A stretch of DNA of 63,654 bases, the filler included, from Octopus bimaculoides (taxonomy: Eukaryota), in assembly GCF_001194135.2 (NCBI RefSeq). It is 5 parts of 5 records of this genome, joined end to end, with 100 filler letters (N's around TTAATTAATTAA, not from the genome) between each part and the next. Parts side by side here need not be neighbours in the genome. Positions count along the whole stretch, not along the records: positions 26,320 to 56,669 come from NC_068992.1; positions 56,770 to 60,810 come from NC_069000.1; positions 60,911 to 62,428 come from NC_068982.1; positions 62,529 to 63,654 come from NC_068988.1; 1 more part is not named here. One strand, given 5' to 3'. The notes under the pieces are model-generated. The model did no database searches. It was not told the DNA's origin and saw only the letters and a list, made by a program, of their open reading frames with translations. A program made the position numbers and the translations under genes. This document shows positions 51,911 to 63,205 of the stretch, one piece after another; position 1 is the stretch's first letter; every line of letters starts with the position of its first letter.

Positions 51911-52183
51911 TGTTGTTGTTGTTGTTCAAATTTGTCAATCTACTTCAATTTGTTTAATATAGAAAGGATTGAGGTAATTCCTGAAGATATAGAGTCAAAA
52001 TTAAAAGAAAAGTGCCATTGTTAACTAGTGAACGATCTTCAGGAGGAGTTACCTCAATCCTTTCTATATTAACCAAAATGAAGTAGATTGACAAAATTAT
52101 TTTTTGAACCAGTTGAAGACACACAAGATGTCAAAATATCGTTCACTAGATAACAACGACACTCTTCTTTTAATTTTGACTCT
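51593..52183. repeat. family 2 ~150-nt unit in a tandem and inverted array, interrupted by (ATT)/(GTT)n
   Basis: Minus-strand units at 51593-51725 and 51927-52036; plus-strand unit at 52035-52183. A further copy is at 59794-59900. Confidence 0.88.
51622..51662 (-). ncRNA. hammerhead-like fold with variant core (family 2)
   Basis: UGAAC-CAGUUGA-A-GACA(CACAAGA)UGUC-GAAA-UA-UC^GUUCA. Helices I and II pair perfectly and helix III is the palindromic AUAU, but the core is CAGUUGA instead of CUGANGA. Confidence 0.5.
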
Positions 52184-52205
52184 ATTATTATTATTATTAT
52201 TATTA

Positions 52206-52278
52206 AGGTCACTGCCTGGAATCGAACTGGAAATCTTGGGAATAGTAGCCTGCGCTCTTAACCACTATGCCATATGGC
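52206..52278 (-). mobile_element. tRNA-like head of the family 1 composite element, followed by (AAT)n
   Basis: CATATGGCATAGTGGTTAAGAGCGCAGGCTACTATTCCCAAGATTTCCAGTTCGATTCCAGGCAGTGACC; homologous to 42755-42828. Confidence 0.8.
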
Positions 52279-52690
52279 CGTGCCACGTCAGACGAAACGT
52301 CAAATGTAAATAATGTACGAGAAAACACGCTAGACACTAGCTATTAACATATTGAGCTGATGGTACAAAACTGCCATTTTTTTTTCTTTTATTTAAAAAA
52401 AATATGCTCTGCATGAAGAAAGAATGCTCAATAGTATTTATGTCCATAGCCACTCAAACAGTTTGATGGTGAAGTAGGAATAAAATTGTGGCTTGATAAA
52501 ATGTGGTCCAGACGTCCTTGGAGGCTGTTAAAGAAATCTGCCTTCTAAGCGTAGTACCAGTTGCGGGTTCATAGAAACGAGATCGTTATGAGGGAAGCTG
52601 GGGAACTGAAGGGGCAATTAGCTATTGATTTGGTCCAGAAAGAGGGGCTGGCATTCATGTTGTACATAGATCTTGAAACATATACTAGAC

Positions 52691-53030
52691 CAGTGGTTCT
52701 CAACCGGAGTCCACATGGCCCCAAGATGGTCCATATAATATATTTAGAGGTCCACACGAGTTAAATACTGAATTGAGCGTCCACAGTAATATTTTAGGGT
52801 CCGTGGAAAAATGGTTTAGTGGCATTTATTGCAAGAAACAACCAGATTTCTTTCTCTAACATTTTATCTGGTTCACTCAACAGAAGCTAATGTGTGAAAA
52901 ACAAAATAGGAATTTTGTAAGAAGTTTCAATATAACTAGTTTTTAAATATTGAATAGTTATGGGTATCCACCACAATAAGATCATAATCAAAGGAGTCCA
53001 TAGATTTTAAAACATGATTGAGAACCACTA
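52691..53030. mobile_element. hAT (Charlie-like) MITE, 340 bp
   Basis: TIRs CAGTGGTTCTCAAC and ATTGAGAACCACTA; flanking 8-mers TACTAGAC and CATTAGTC (5/8 identical) fit a decayed 8-bp TSD. Confidence 0.75.
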
Positions 53031-54974
53031 CATTAGTCTAAGACTAAAGTATTATTAGGTACCCTGAAAAAGAAAACATAGTCGCGACTGGCATGAATTT
53101 CGCTGTAATTCTACTGGAAGTACAGGTCGACCTTACTTCTCAGAAGAATACATGCGTTTCAATATGTTAAAGCATCGGCTTTGAAAAGCGTGGCGGTGGT
53201 GGTTGGTGGTTGCGGCGGTGGCAGCGGTGGTGGTGGTGGTGCTGGTGGTGCTGGTGGCTTGCAGTACATTTGTGTGGAAGGTAAATCGAGTCGCAAGTGA
53301 TTGTACTGATTGTTCAGATTGTGAAGGCCTTGGTTTAGGAAATTATGATAAATGGGAGTTGGGTTTCCGTTTGATTGAGAATGTACCATTTAACTGGAGC
53401 CTTTTCAAAACGACNNNNNNNNNNNNNNNNNNNNNNNNNNNNNNNNNNNNNNNNNNNNNNNNNNNNNNNNNNNNNNNNNNNNNNNNNNNNNNNNNNNNNN
53501 NNNNNNNNNNNNNNNNNNNNNNNNNNNNNNNNNNNNNNNNNNNNNNNNNNNNNNNNNNNNNNNNNNNNNNNNNNNNNNNNNNNNNNNNNNNNNNNNNNNN
53601 NNNNNNNNNNNNNNNNNNNNNNNNNNNNNNNNNNNNNNNNNNNNNNNNNNNNNNNNNNNNNNNNNNNNNNNNNNNNNNNNNNNNNNNNNNNNNNNNNNNN
53701 NNNNNNNNNNNNNNNNNNNNNNNNNNNNNNNNNNNNNNNNNNNNNNNNNNNNNNNNNNNNNNNNNNNNNNNNNNNNNNNNNNNNNNNNNNNNNNNNNNNN
53801 NNNNNNNNNNNNNNNNNNNNNNNNNNNNNNNNNNNNNNNNNNNNNNNNNNNNNNNNNNNNNNNNNNNNNNNNNNNNNNNNNNNNNNNNNNNNNNNNNNNN
53901 NNNNNNNNNNNNNNNNNNNNNNNNNNNNNNNNNNNNNNNNNNNNNNNNNNNNNNNNNNNNNNNNNNNNNNNNNNNNNNNNNNNNNNNNNNNNNNNNNNNN
54001 NNNNNNNNNNNNNNNNNNNNNNNNNNNNNNNNNNNNNNNNNNNNNNNNNNNNNNNNNNNNNNNNNNNNNNNNNNNNNNNNNNNNNNNNNNNNNNNNNACC
54101 GCTATCCCCCTCACTTTAATTATGATCACTACTAAAACAAAACCAAAAGTACAAAAATAAAAAAGAAAAAAGAAAACAAGCATAAAAATAAAAATAAAAG
54201 CGGAAATAAAAAGAAAAAATGATATGCAACAATGGTAACGGTAAGTGAAGTGAATTGTAATGTGTCACGGTGGAACTATTACAGCGTATAAAATATTTTT
54301 TCACTTGATCAAAAGATAACAACCCTCTTTCCTATTCACCAAAAATCAAAGACAACGCCAGGCAATCTGTCACGTGACTGAACTACTAATTGCTCACTAA
54401 TTGCACGTACATTAACTTCCGCCTCTCTTGCTACCTTTGACATCACCACACTCTCTCTTCTTTTTTTCTTTCATTCCTTCTTCCTCCATTTCTTTCCTTA
54501 CCCCCTCCTATCCTTACCTTTCCATTCTCTCCTTCCAATATGTTTCTTTCCCTCTTTAGGAAGGTCAACGAACGAATTTTGCTTCTATCGCTTGGTCAAT
54601 TTTTTTTTCGTTATTTGTTGTTACGCTTCTTACTCCTGTTTTTCTTTTACAGTCATATTTCATAAAATCTCCATGTTCTCAGTAGATAGGGAGGGTTAAC
54701 AATTCATGGTGTATAGACCTTTACGATGTCTTTATTAAGAGAAAGGAAAACTGATGGATCTGATTACGTTTTAAATTTAACTTACACCAGGGTTAACTTT
54801 GTTTTACATTATTCAGAGGGAGCTCGTTCCTTTTTTTTTTTCTTTTTGCTCTCTCTGTCAGCAACAGATTTTCACCATTGTCTATTCTTCATCTCCTTTC
54901 TATTGTTTCAAAACAAATGGTATTGCTGGTTGCAAACAGGAAGAATTTAACAAACAGTTCTTATATGTTACAAC

Positions 54975-55199
54975 AAAAACTGACGCGATTTCATTCGTTA
55001 TCGTTCTTACTTCCCTCCTTCTTTCTTTCTGTCTTCTTTTCTATCTGTCCTTTTTACTTTCTGTCTTCTTTTCTTTCTGTCTTCTTTTCTTTCTGTCTTC
55101 TTTTCTTTCTGTCTTCTTTACTTTCTGTCTTCTTTTCTTTCTGTCTTCTTTTCTTTCTGTCTTCTTTTCTATCTTTCTTTCTTTCTTTCTCTCTTTCAT

Positions 55200-55235
<36 letters not shown>

Positions 55236-55274
55236 TCATTCTTTTTCATTCTTCTCTCCTTCTTTCTCTCTTTC

Positions 55275-55305
<31 letters not shown>

Positions 55306-55560
55306 TTTCTTTCTTTCTTTATTTCTTCTTTACTTTCTTTCCTTCTTTCTTTCTTTTTTCTTTCTTTCTTTCATTCTTCCAAGCTTTCTTTTCTTTCTTT
55401 TCTTCTTTCTTACTTTCCTTCCTTCTTTCTTTCTTTCTTTATTTATTTATTTACTACTTTCTTTTACCTTTCCATGTTTCTTTCTCCCCTTTCCTTCTTT
55501 TTCTCCTTCTTTCTTTCTTTCTCTTCATTTTTTTATTTCCTCTCTCTCCTTCCAATCTGC
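54975..55560. repeat. long (TTTC/TTCT)n pyrimidine tract with CTTTCTGTCTTCTTTT subunits
   Basis: Visible low-complexity tract. Confidence 0.9.
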
Positions 55561-55799
55561 ATTTTTTGTTTCCTCTTTGGAAGGTCAAACAACAGGTTTT
55601 GTTTTCATCGCTTGGTCAGTGGTGCTTAGAAAACAACCCCTTTAGTCCCTTGTGGGCAACAAAGAAATAAAAAAAAACAACCCCTTCTGGGACCTCTTAT
55701 TAACATTGTTGCTTCTTCTGTCGTCCAATTTTCCAATTCCTTTACATTTTCAGCTTCTCTGTGCAGAAAACTCTTAAAGGTCTATTTGTCACATATCAT

Positions 55800-56195
55800 G
55801 GTGAGAAGTTTTGACACAAGGCCGGCAATTTCGAGGGAGTGGTTAAGTCGATTATAACAACTCCAGTCTTCAACTGGTACTTATCTGACCGACCCCGAAA
55901 GAATGAGGAGCATAGTGTACCTCGGTGGAATTTGAGCTCAGAACGTAAAAACGGATTACTTGCCGCGAAGAACTTTATCTGGCGTGCTAACGATTCTGCC
56001 AACATGGCGCCTTAATTCTCACATATAGTAGCAAAACTCTATTCTCTCCCATCAGGCTCTTAACGGCATTTGGCACGTCTTTATGTTCTGAGTTCAAATG
56101 CCGCTAAGGTCGACTTTGCCTTTCATCATTTCGGGTTCGATAAAATAAGTACCAGGTGAGTAATAGGGGTCGATGTAATCGACTTAACACCTCCC
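55800..56195. mobile_element. two SINE family B copies, divergent orientation (55800-55995 minus; 56050-56195 plus)
   Basis: Core blocks seen in both orientations. Confidence 0.8.
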
Positions 56196-56669
56196 TACTC
56201 ACATACCCCAACTCTACCCCCACCCTCAGCCTAACTCACACCCTACCCTTGCTTTCCTCACTCTTGCCTCCCACACAACCCAACACCATCGCACCTCACC
56301 ACACACCACTACACCGTACACCACCTTACCACACAACACCACATCACATCACACCACCACGCACACAGTAGCACTGACCACCTCCTAGCCCCACATACAC
56401 ACACGCACACGTCAAGGTCACTAGCCGTCTTCCACACCACATACATGCTTTTTTATACACACGCACGTGCACCTTCGTTTTGGGATCACCACTACTTTAT
56501 TATCTCCCCCTTCTTCCTAGCTCTCCTGTGTGATCCCTCTGTCCGGCATTCGCCATGATAGATCGCTAGCCACTACACATTCTATATTTTCTCTCCTTGT
56601 TTCTTTCCGTGTTCTTTTCTGTGGAAAAGCGTAGGCACGAAACGTTAAAGACTTTTTCACTTCCCGAGC

Positions 56670-56769
56670 NNNNNNNNNNNNNNNNNNNNNNNNNNNNNNN
56701 NNNNNNNNNNNNNTTAATTAATTAANNNNNNNNNNNNNNNNNNNNNNNNNNNNNNNNNNNNNNNNNNNN
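56670..56769. other. artificial scaffold join (N44-TTAATTAATTAA-N44)
   Basis: Same 100-bp structure as at 26220. Confidence 0.95.
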
Positions 56770-56782
56770 CATACATACATAT

Positions 56783-57166
56783 GGGGAGGCGCAATTGCCC
56801 AGCGGTTAGGGCAGCGGACACGCGGTCGTAGGATCGCAGTTTCGATTCCCAGACCGGGCGTTGTGAATGTTTATTGAGCGAAAACACCTAAAGCTCCACA
56901 AGGCTCCGGCAGGGGATGGTGGCGAACCCTGCTGTACTCTTCCACCATAACTTTCTCTCACTCTTTCTTCCTGTTTCTGTTGTGCCTGTAATGCAAAAGG
57001 GTCAGCCTTGTCACACTGTGTCACGCTGAATATCCCCGAGAACTACGTTAAGGGTACATGTGTCTGTGGAGTGCTCAGCCACTTGCACGTTAATTTCACG
57101 AGCTGGCTGTTCCATTGAATGGATCAACTGGAACCCCCGTCGTCGAAACTGACGGAGTTCCACCAG

Positions 57167-57168
<2 letters not shown>
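56783..57168 (+). mobile_element. tRNA-derived SINE (family E), near intact
   Basis: GGGGAGGCGCAATTGCCCAGCGGTTAGGG (A box), GTTTCGATTCCC (B box); tail ...GCACGTTAATTTCACGAGC...GGATCAACTGGAACCCCCGTCGTCG. Confidence 0.85.
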
Positions 57169-57219
<51 letters not shown>

Positions 57220-57438
57220 GTATGAAAACGTATATAACACACAGACAAACACACACATATATATATATATGTATGTTTGTTGACGTCAGAAGAATTTTTA
57301 AACTTCATGAGAACATGAAAAAAGGTTAGTTTTTGGAATGCTTATCTGCTTCGAGATCCAATCTTCCAAAAAAGAATTATTATACATATATACATGGAAA
57401 CACACACACACACACACATGTAAATGAATGTATATATG

Positions 57439-57480
<42 letters not shown>

Positions 57481-57689
57481 TTTATTCGAGACACGGAATT
57501 ACTCAGCATTGCCTGTCATACTAACTTCAACACCCACTCACACACACACACACACACTCACACACACACACACGTAAGTGTATGTATATATATGTGTGTG
57601 TGTGTACGTTTGTGTGCGTTGAAGTCGGTATGACGGACAATGCTGAGTCATTCCGTGTCTCTAATAAACTCTTAGATTTATAGTTATGT

Positions 57690-57721
<32 letters not shown>

Positions 57722-58154
57722 ACACACACACACACACACATGCTTACCCATGCATGAAACTACGTTTGTGTGTTATGTGTAAGAGTATGCGTCCAGTGTT
57801 AAAAAAAACACACACAATCATTTTTTCAGAACTTCAGGATTCGTGCGTGCTTATGTGTGTATGTGTTTGTATGTATGTGTGTATGTGTATATATGTGTGC
57901 GTTTGTATGTATATATGTGTGTGTGTGTGTATATATGTATGTGTGTGTGTGTGTGTATGTATACACAGATACACACGTACACACAAGTATACGTACGTAC
58001 TTTTGCATGTGTATGTGTTTGCATATAGTATCTTTGTGCTTATGTCTATATACAGATGTGTTTATGCATATATATGTATGTATAGCTGAATGTACATGTG
58101 CTTCTGTGTGTGTGTGTGTGTACATGTGTGTGAATTTTTTTGTGTATGTGTGTG

Positions 58155-58186
<32 letters not shown>

Positions 58187-58769
58187 GTGTATTTTTCTGT
58201 GTTTGTGTGTGTTTGCGTGTATGTGTGTATTTTTCTGTATGTTTGTGTGTGAGTACACGTGTGTGCATGTGTGTACTTTTCACTGTTTGTGTGTCTCTGT
58301 ATACGTGTGTGTATATGTGCAAGTGTGTGTATTTTTCTGAATGTGCCTGTGTGTACGTGTGTACATGTGTGTACATTTTTCTCTGTATGTATGTGTGTGT
58401 GTGTGTGTGTGTGAGTTAAAATTAGTATACTTTACATGTTTGCCTTTTCCCACATTCCTAGACAGAAGAGCAAGGATGACTTCATTGGAACATTTTCAAA
58501 ACAAACTGAACCAGCGAAGTTTTTACCATTTAGAAAACCGTGGGGCGAGGCAGGGAGGAGATATTTGCAGTGGAGGAGGCCGGAAAAGGAGGGAAATGAC
58601 ACAAAGTAAACGATGTGTGTGTGTGTGTGTGTGTGTTCGTGGGTGAATTTGTGTATGTACAAGTGTGTGTGTGTGTGTGTGTGTAATGGGAAATAAAGGA
58701 GGGAAGTGAAAGAGAAGGGAATTATGAAAGAGAGGTGAAAGGAGAATAGGTGGTGGGAGGTGGGGAGAT

Positions 58770-58814
<45 letters not shown>

Positions 58815-58839
58815 CAAAACGTTTATAATACAACATAGA

Positions 58840-59040
58840 CAGGGCGGCGGGCTGGCAGAGTCGTTAGCGCGTCGAGCAAAAGCCTTTGCGGCATTTCGTC
58901 CGTTTTTACGTTCTGAGTTCAAATTCCACCGATGCAGACTTTGCCTTTCATCCTTTTTTTGGCAGGGTCGATATAATAACTATCTGTCGAGAACCGGGGT
59001 CGATGTAATTGTTCTCCCCGATCCCGAAACTGCTGGACTT
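58840..59040 (+). mobile_element. SINE family B
   Basis: GGCGGCGGGCTGGCAGAGTCGTTAGC...TTCTGAGTTCAAATTCC...GACTTTGCCTTTCATCC. Confidence 0.85.
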
Positions 59041-59379
59041 TCTGCCAAAATAGGAAACCAATGATACAATATACAGACATAAAGAAAAAATGAGGGAAAG
59101 AGAAAGATACAGATGGATCGATGGATAGATCGACAGACAGACAGCTTTGTTAGACACACACATACACATTCACACTGTATATTAAGTTATACTAGATGTA
59201 TTTAGCTTACTGCTCTTTGGTAGTGTTTCATGCCTCTAACTGATGGCTATCATCAGACGGATTCAAGAAACCACGGAATACGGGGGTGGTTTTTTGTGTG
59301 TGAAATTCCGGTTTTGCGTGCGTGTAAAATATTAAGTGGAATTTAAGTCCCTTAGATTAGGTATTGGCATCAAATTTTG

Positions 59380-59578
59380 ATACAAGGACAGTAATTTTGT
59401 GGGGAGGGTAAGTTAATTACATCGACACCAGTGAACAGCTGGTATTTATTTTATCGATCCCGTAAAGATGAAAAATAAAGTCGACCCCTGCGGAATTCGA
59501 ACTCAGATCGTAAAGACGGACGAAATGCCGCTAAGCATTTTACCCGGCGCGGTAACGATTTTGCCAGCTCACCGTCTT
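59380..59578 (-). mobile_element. SINE family B
   Basis: ATCGATCCCGTAAAGATGAAAAATAAAGTCGACC...GAACTCAGA...GCTAAGCATTT. Confidence 0.85.
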
Positions 59579-59587
59579 CCTTAGATT

Positions 59588-59758
59588 CTACAATTCTATA
59601 TTTAAGAGATGAAGAATTATGTACATTATCTATATTTGACGGATATTTGTTCTCATCTTGTTTGTTGTTAACACAACGTTTCGGCTGATATACCCGCCAG
59701 CCTTCATCAGGTGTCTTGGGGAAATTTTGAACCTGTGTTCTCATTCTTAAAGTAGTTT

Positions 59759-59793
<35 letters not shown>
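59588..59793 (-). mobile_element. family 1 pLTR-like body with (AAT)n linker
   Basis: Homologous to 42525-42750. Confidence 0.85.
59670..59715 (-). ncRNA. minimal type I hammerhead ribozyme motif (family 1)
   Basis: GACAC-CUGAUGA-A-GGCUG(GCGGGUAUAU)CAGCC-GAAA-CG-UU^GUGUU. Confidence 0.8.
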
Positions 59794-59794
<1 letters not shown>

Positions 59795-59900
59795 GTCAAA
59801 ATTAAAAGAAGAGTGCCATTTGTTATCTTGGGAACAATATTTCGACATCTCGTGTGTCTTCAACTGGTTCAAAAAATAAATTTGTCAATCTACTTCATTT
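59794..59900 (-). repeat. family 2 unit with variant hammerhead-like fold (59832-59871)
   Basis: UGAAC-CAGUUGA-A-GACA(CACGAGA)UGUC-GAAA-UA-UU^GUUC. Confidence 0.75.
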
Positions 59901-60200
59901 TTCGAAGCCACACCGAAATTCCGTATAAAAATATGAAATGATGTTTCATTATTCCATCCATCAATAGCAAATGTACAAATATGCACGCATGTATGCGTGA
60001 GTTCGTGTATGTGCGTATGATTGTGATGTTTTTTTACATGATTGTGTGTGTGTGTGTGTGCGTGTATGTATGTATACGTATAGCCTCTCTCACACACACA
60101 CATACACACACACGCACACATACATACATACGAACATATCTCTGATTGACCTAAATATCTCACTTTATCTTTAAGCCTTATCTTCTCATGATTGTCCTTC

Positions 60201-60246
<46 letters not shown>

Positions 60247-60256
60247 NNNNNNNNNN

Positions 60257-60291
<35 letters not shown>

Positions 60292-60525
60292 TCTGTGTGT
60301 GTGTTCGTTTTCCTGTTTGTCTTGCTTCACCGGTACATGGCTATGTTATTGATAAAACATGAGAAATATTATTTTCTATGCGAAATCCGGACAACAACGT
60401 TAACAAACCCTCTTTTTTTTCCTTCACCCTCTCCTACACACTTATATGCGTGCTCGTGCAAATTTCAGCACGTTGACAGAATTTAGTTTCCTTCAGAAAA
60501 AAAGTATTCGATATTATCACATTAT

Positions 60526-60758
60526 AAGGCGGCGAGCTGGTAGAAACGTTAGCACGCCTGGCGAAATGCTTAGCGGTATTTCGTCTGCCGCTACGTTCTG
60601 AGTTCAAATTCCACCGAGGTCGACTTTGCCTTTCATCCTTTCGGAGTCGATTAAATAAGTACCAGTTACGTACTGGGGTCGATGTAATCGACTTAATCCC
60701 TTTGTCTGTCCTTGTTTGTCCCCTCTATGTTTAGCCCCTTGTGGGCAATAAAGAAATA
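60526..60758 (+). mobile_element. SINE family B, long-tailed, essentially intact
   Basis: GGCGGCGAGCTGGTAGAAACGTTAGCACGCC...GAGTTCAAATTCC...CCCCTTGTGGGCAATAAAGAAATA. Confidence 0.93.
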
Positions 60759-60810
60759 TCCTCTACCTAATTTCTCGGTCTCATCCTTTTGTTGTCACTT
60801 ATTATTATTA

Positions 60811-60910
60811 NNNNNNNNNNNNNNNNNNNNNNNNNNNNNNNNNNNNNNNNNNNNTTAATTAATTAANNNNNNNNNNNNNNNNNNNNNNNNNNNNNNNNNN
60901 NNNNNNNNNN
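60811..60910. other. artificial scaffold join (N44-TTAATTAATTAA-N44)
   Basis: Same 100-bp structure. Confidence 0.95.
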
Positions 60911-61224
60911 CTGCAATTACCATGCATTCAAAAACTATTCTCTCTTATGGTAAAAGGTGTAACAAAAAAAGACACTATATCTGCAAAAACACCTTTTACC
61001 ATCAGAGTGAATTCTTCGTCAACGATAACTGCAGTGAATTTGCCTTTAGAAGTTGAAACGTTTCGCAAGCATTTTATGTCACCTAAAGTTCACGTATTCT
61101 TGGTGCTAATAATACTGTTGAATATATATACAATATATATATATATATATATTCTAAACAAGGCGTTTCGAAGATGAGGCAGAACGCGCTCTTAGAATAG
61201 CTCTTCCCGCGAAGTGTATTAACC

Positions 61225-61355
61225 AAATCCACTCACAAGGCTTTGGTCGGCCCAAAGCTACAGTAGAAGACACTTGCTCCTGATGTCACACAGTGGGACT
61301 GAACCCCAAACTATGTGATTGGGAAGCAAGCTTCTAACACAGTCACGCATGCGCC
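61225..61355 (-). mobile_element. SINE family A 5' half
   Basis: CCAAATCCACTCACAAGGCTTTGGTCGGCCC...GTGGGACTGAACCC. Confidence 0.85.
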
Positions 61356-61998
61356 TATATGTGTGAATTTATATACTAAATGCAAAACACAGTTCCACAT
61401 ACACAAGGATATCCATGCTTGCATGCCTACATAATGTACATACATGCATATATGCATTTAGACGCACATGATTACATACATGCATGCATACTTGGACGTG
61501 TACATACAACGACTGATTTCAATGTTGACTAAACTCTCATGAAAAAGCCTTATTTCTGTGTGAGAAAACAGCTCATTCTTTGTTGGTGAGAAATTCGAAA
61601 AATTAAACAAGAACATACGTTGATCAAACACGTGTCGTCCTCGAAATAACCATGGCTTCTGTTTCCTGACACATTTCTTTTTGTTGTTTTGCAGTATCCT
61701 TTTTCAATCCACATTAAACATTGACTTGTGATAATCTTCGCCTTTCTACATAAAAAAATCTCAAAAGCTTGACACATAATTACGTGTTGTATACCTGACA
61801 AGTTTTTTTTTCATTTTCTCTTACAAACTCACTTGTTTGCACTCTATCTATTATTCTCACTGACCTATTCGCGTACTACTCATATTCATCCATCTCTTTG
61901 TGTGTGTATGTATGCTTGTATATACATATGTACCTACGTAAGTAAGTCCATGTGAACGTATGCATATATGTATATACGTGCAGGTATGTACATCTATG

Positions 61999-62047
<49 letters not shown>

Positions 62048-62073
62048 TTGTGGATATATGTGTATATGTGTGA

Positions 62074-62115
<42 letters not shown>

Positions 62116-62119
<4 letters not shown>

Positions 62120-62428
62120 TGACTCGTTCCTCTCTTTCGTTCAGTCTTTCCATCCTGCCCTCCACTTCTCCTGTACTGTCTATGACACCTCTGTCCCCTT
62201 TCTCGACATTTCGGTCAGCATATTCAACTCCGCCCTTAGCACCTCCATCCACTACAAACACACAGACTCACACTCCTATCTCAACTTCTCCTCCTCCCAC
62301 CCTAGACACACAAAACTTTCCATCCCCTATTCCCAATTCCTCCGTCTACGCAGACTTTGTAGCGACAGCCATGACTTTGAGACTCAGTCTCAACTCATGG
62401 CTCACCACTTTAGCCTGCGAGGATATCC
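62116..62428 (+). mobile_element. Penelope-like element reverse transcriptase, C-terminal part (open frame, cut by join)
   Basis: FHPALHFSCTVYDTSVPFLDISV...LSTSIHYKHTDSHSYLNFSSSHPRHTKLSIPYSQFLRLRRLCS...F...RGY matches the PLE RT motifs FLD, YxKPT...YL...SxHP, IPYSQxLRxRRxCS and RGY. Confidence 0.93.
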
Positions 62429-62528
62429 NNNNNNNNNNNNNNNNNNNNNNNNNNNNNNNNNNNNNNNNNNNNTTAATTAATTAANNNNNNNNNNNNNNNN
62501 NNNNNNNNNNNNNNNNNNNNNNNNNNNN
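62429..62528. other. artificial scaffold join (N44-TTAATTAATTAA-N44)
   Basis: Same 100-bp structure. Confidence 0.95.
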
Positions 62529-62711
62529 TATATTGTGAAGGTCAAGTCGATTCTACTCTCTTAGTAAGAGTCACATCAACTGTAAATACTTAATTGTTAT
62601 TATTACAAGTGTTTTAAAATAATATTTTATAACACACACAAATACATAGACACACTTGCACACAGAGAAACACACGTATATATTCATGAAAATATTATAT
62701 GCATACCTCAC

Positions 62712-62769
<58 letters not shown>

Positions 62770-63079
62770 ATATCTTAGTCATCTTTCAAAGGGGAAGAAA
62801 TGTAGTGCCCATGCTCCCTGCACAGACACTCGGATATTGTAGCTGAGGGTAGGGAGGAACTTCAAAGCAGAGGCATGGTCCAAATGTTTACAACAGACGG
62901 GACCTCCATAAAGCCACATCAAACTTTCCAGGTGCTATTGTTAAAGATGACGATAGATTAAACCTCCTAACACAACCCGAGAAAATGTATACATAAGATA
63001 AAACTCAGGACGTCAAATGGAGTCACAAATAACTGTTAAATCATTTGATCCGAAGCTCTAATGGCGTTGCTAACTCGCA

Positions 63080-63205
63080 TTCTAGATTAGTAACCCATTA
63101 TGAACCTCCTCGAAAGGACGAAAAGCGACGTTGACCCCGTGGAATTTCAATTCAGGTCATAGAGTGTCGGACCTAATTGCTGTGAAATATTCTTATCCGA
63201 CGCTG
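63080..63205 (-). mobile_element. SINE family B, decayed
   Basis: CGAAAGGACGAAAAGCGACGTTGACCCCGTGGAATTTCAATTCAG. Confidence 0.65.

Noticed and set aside
60947-61002. 14-bp perfect hairpin (possible miRNA precursor)
   Set aside because: Stem too short with a 28-nt A-rich loop; no further pairing.
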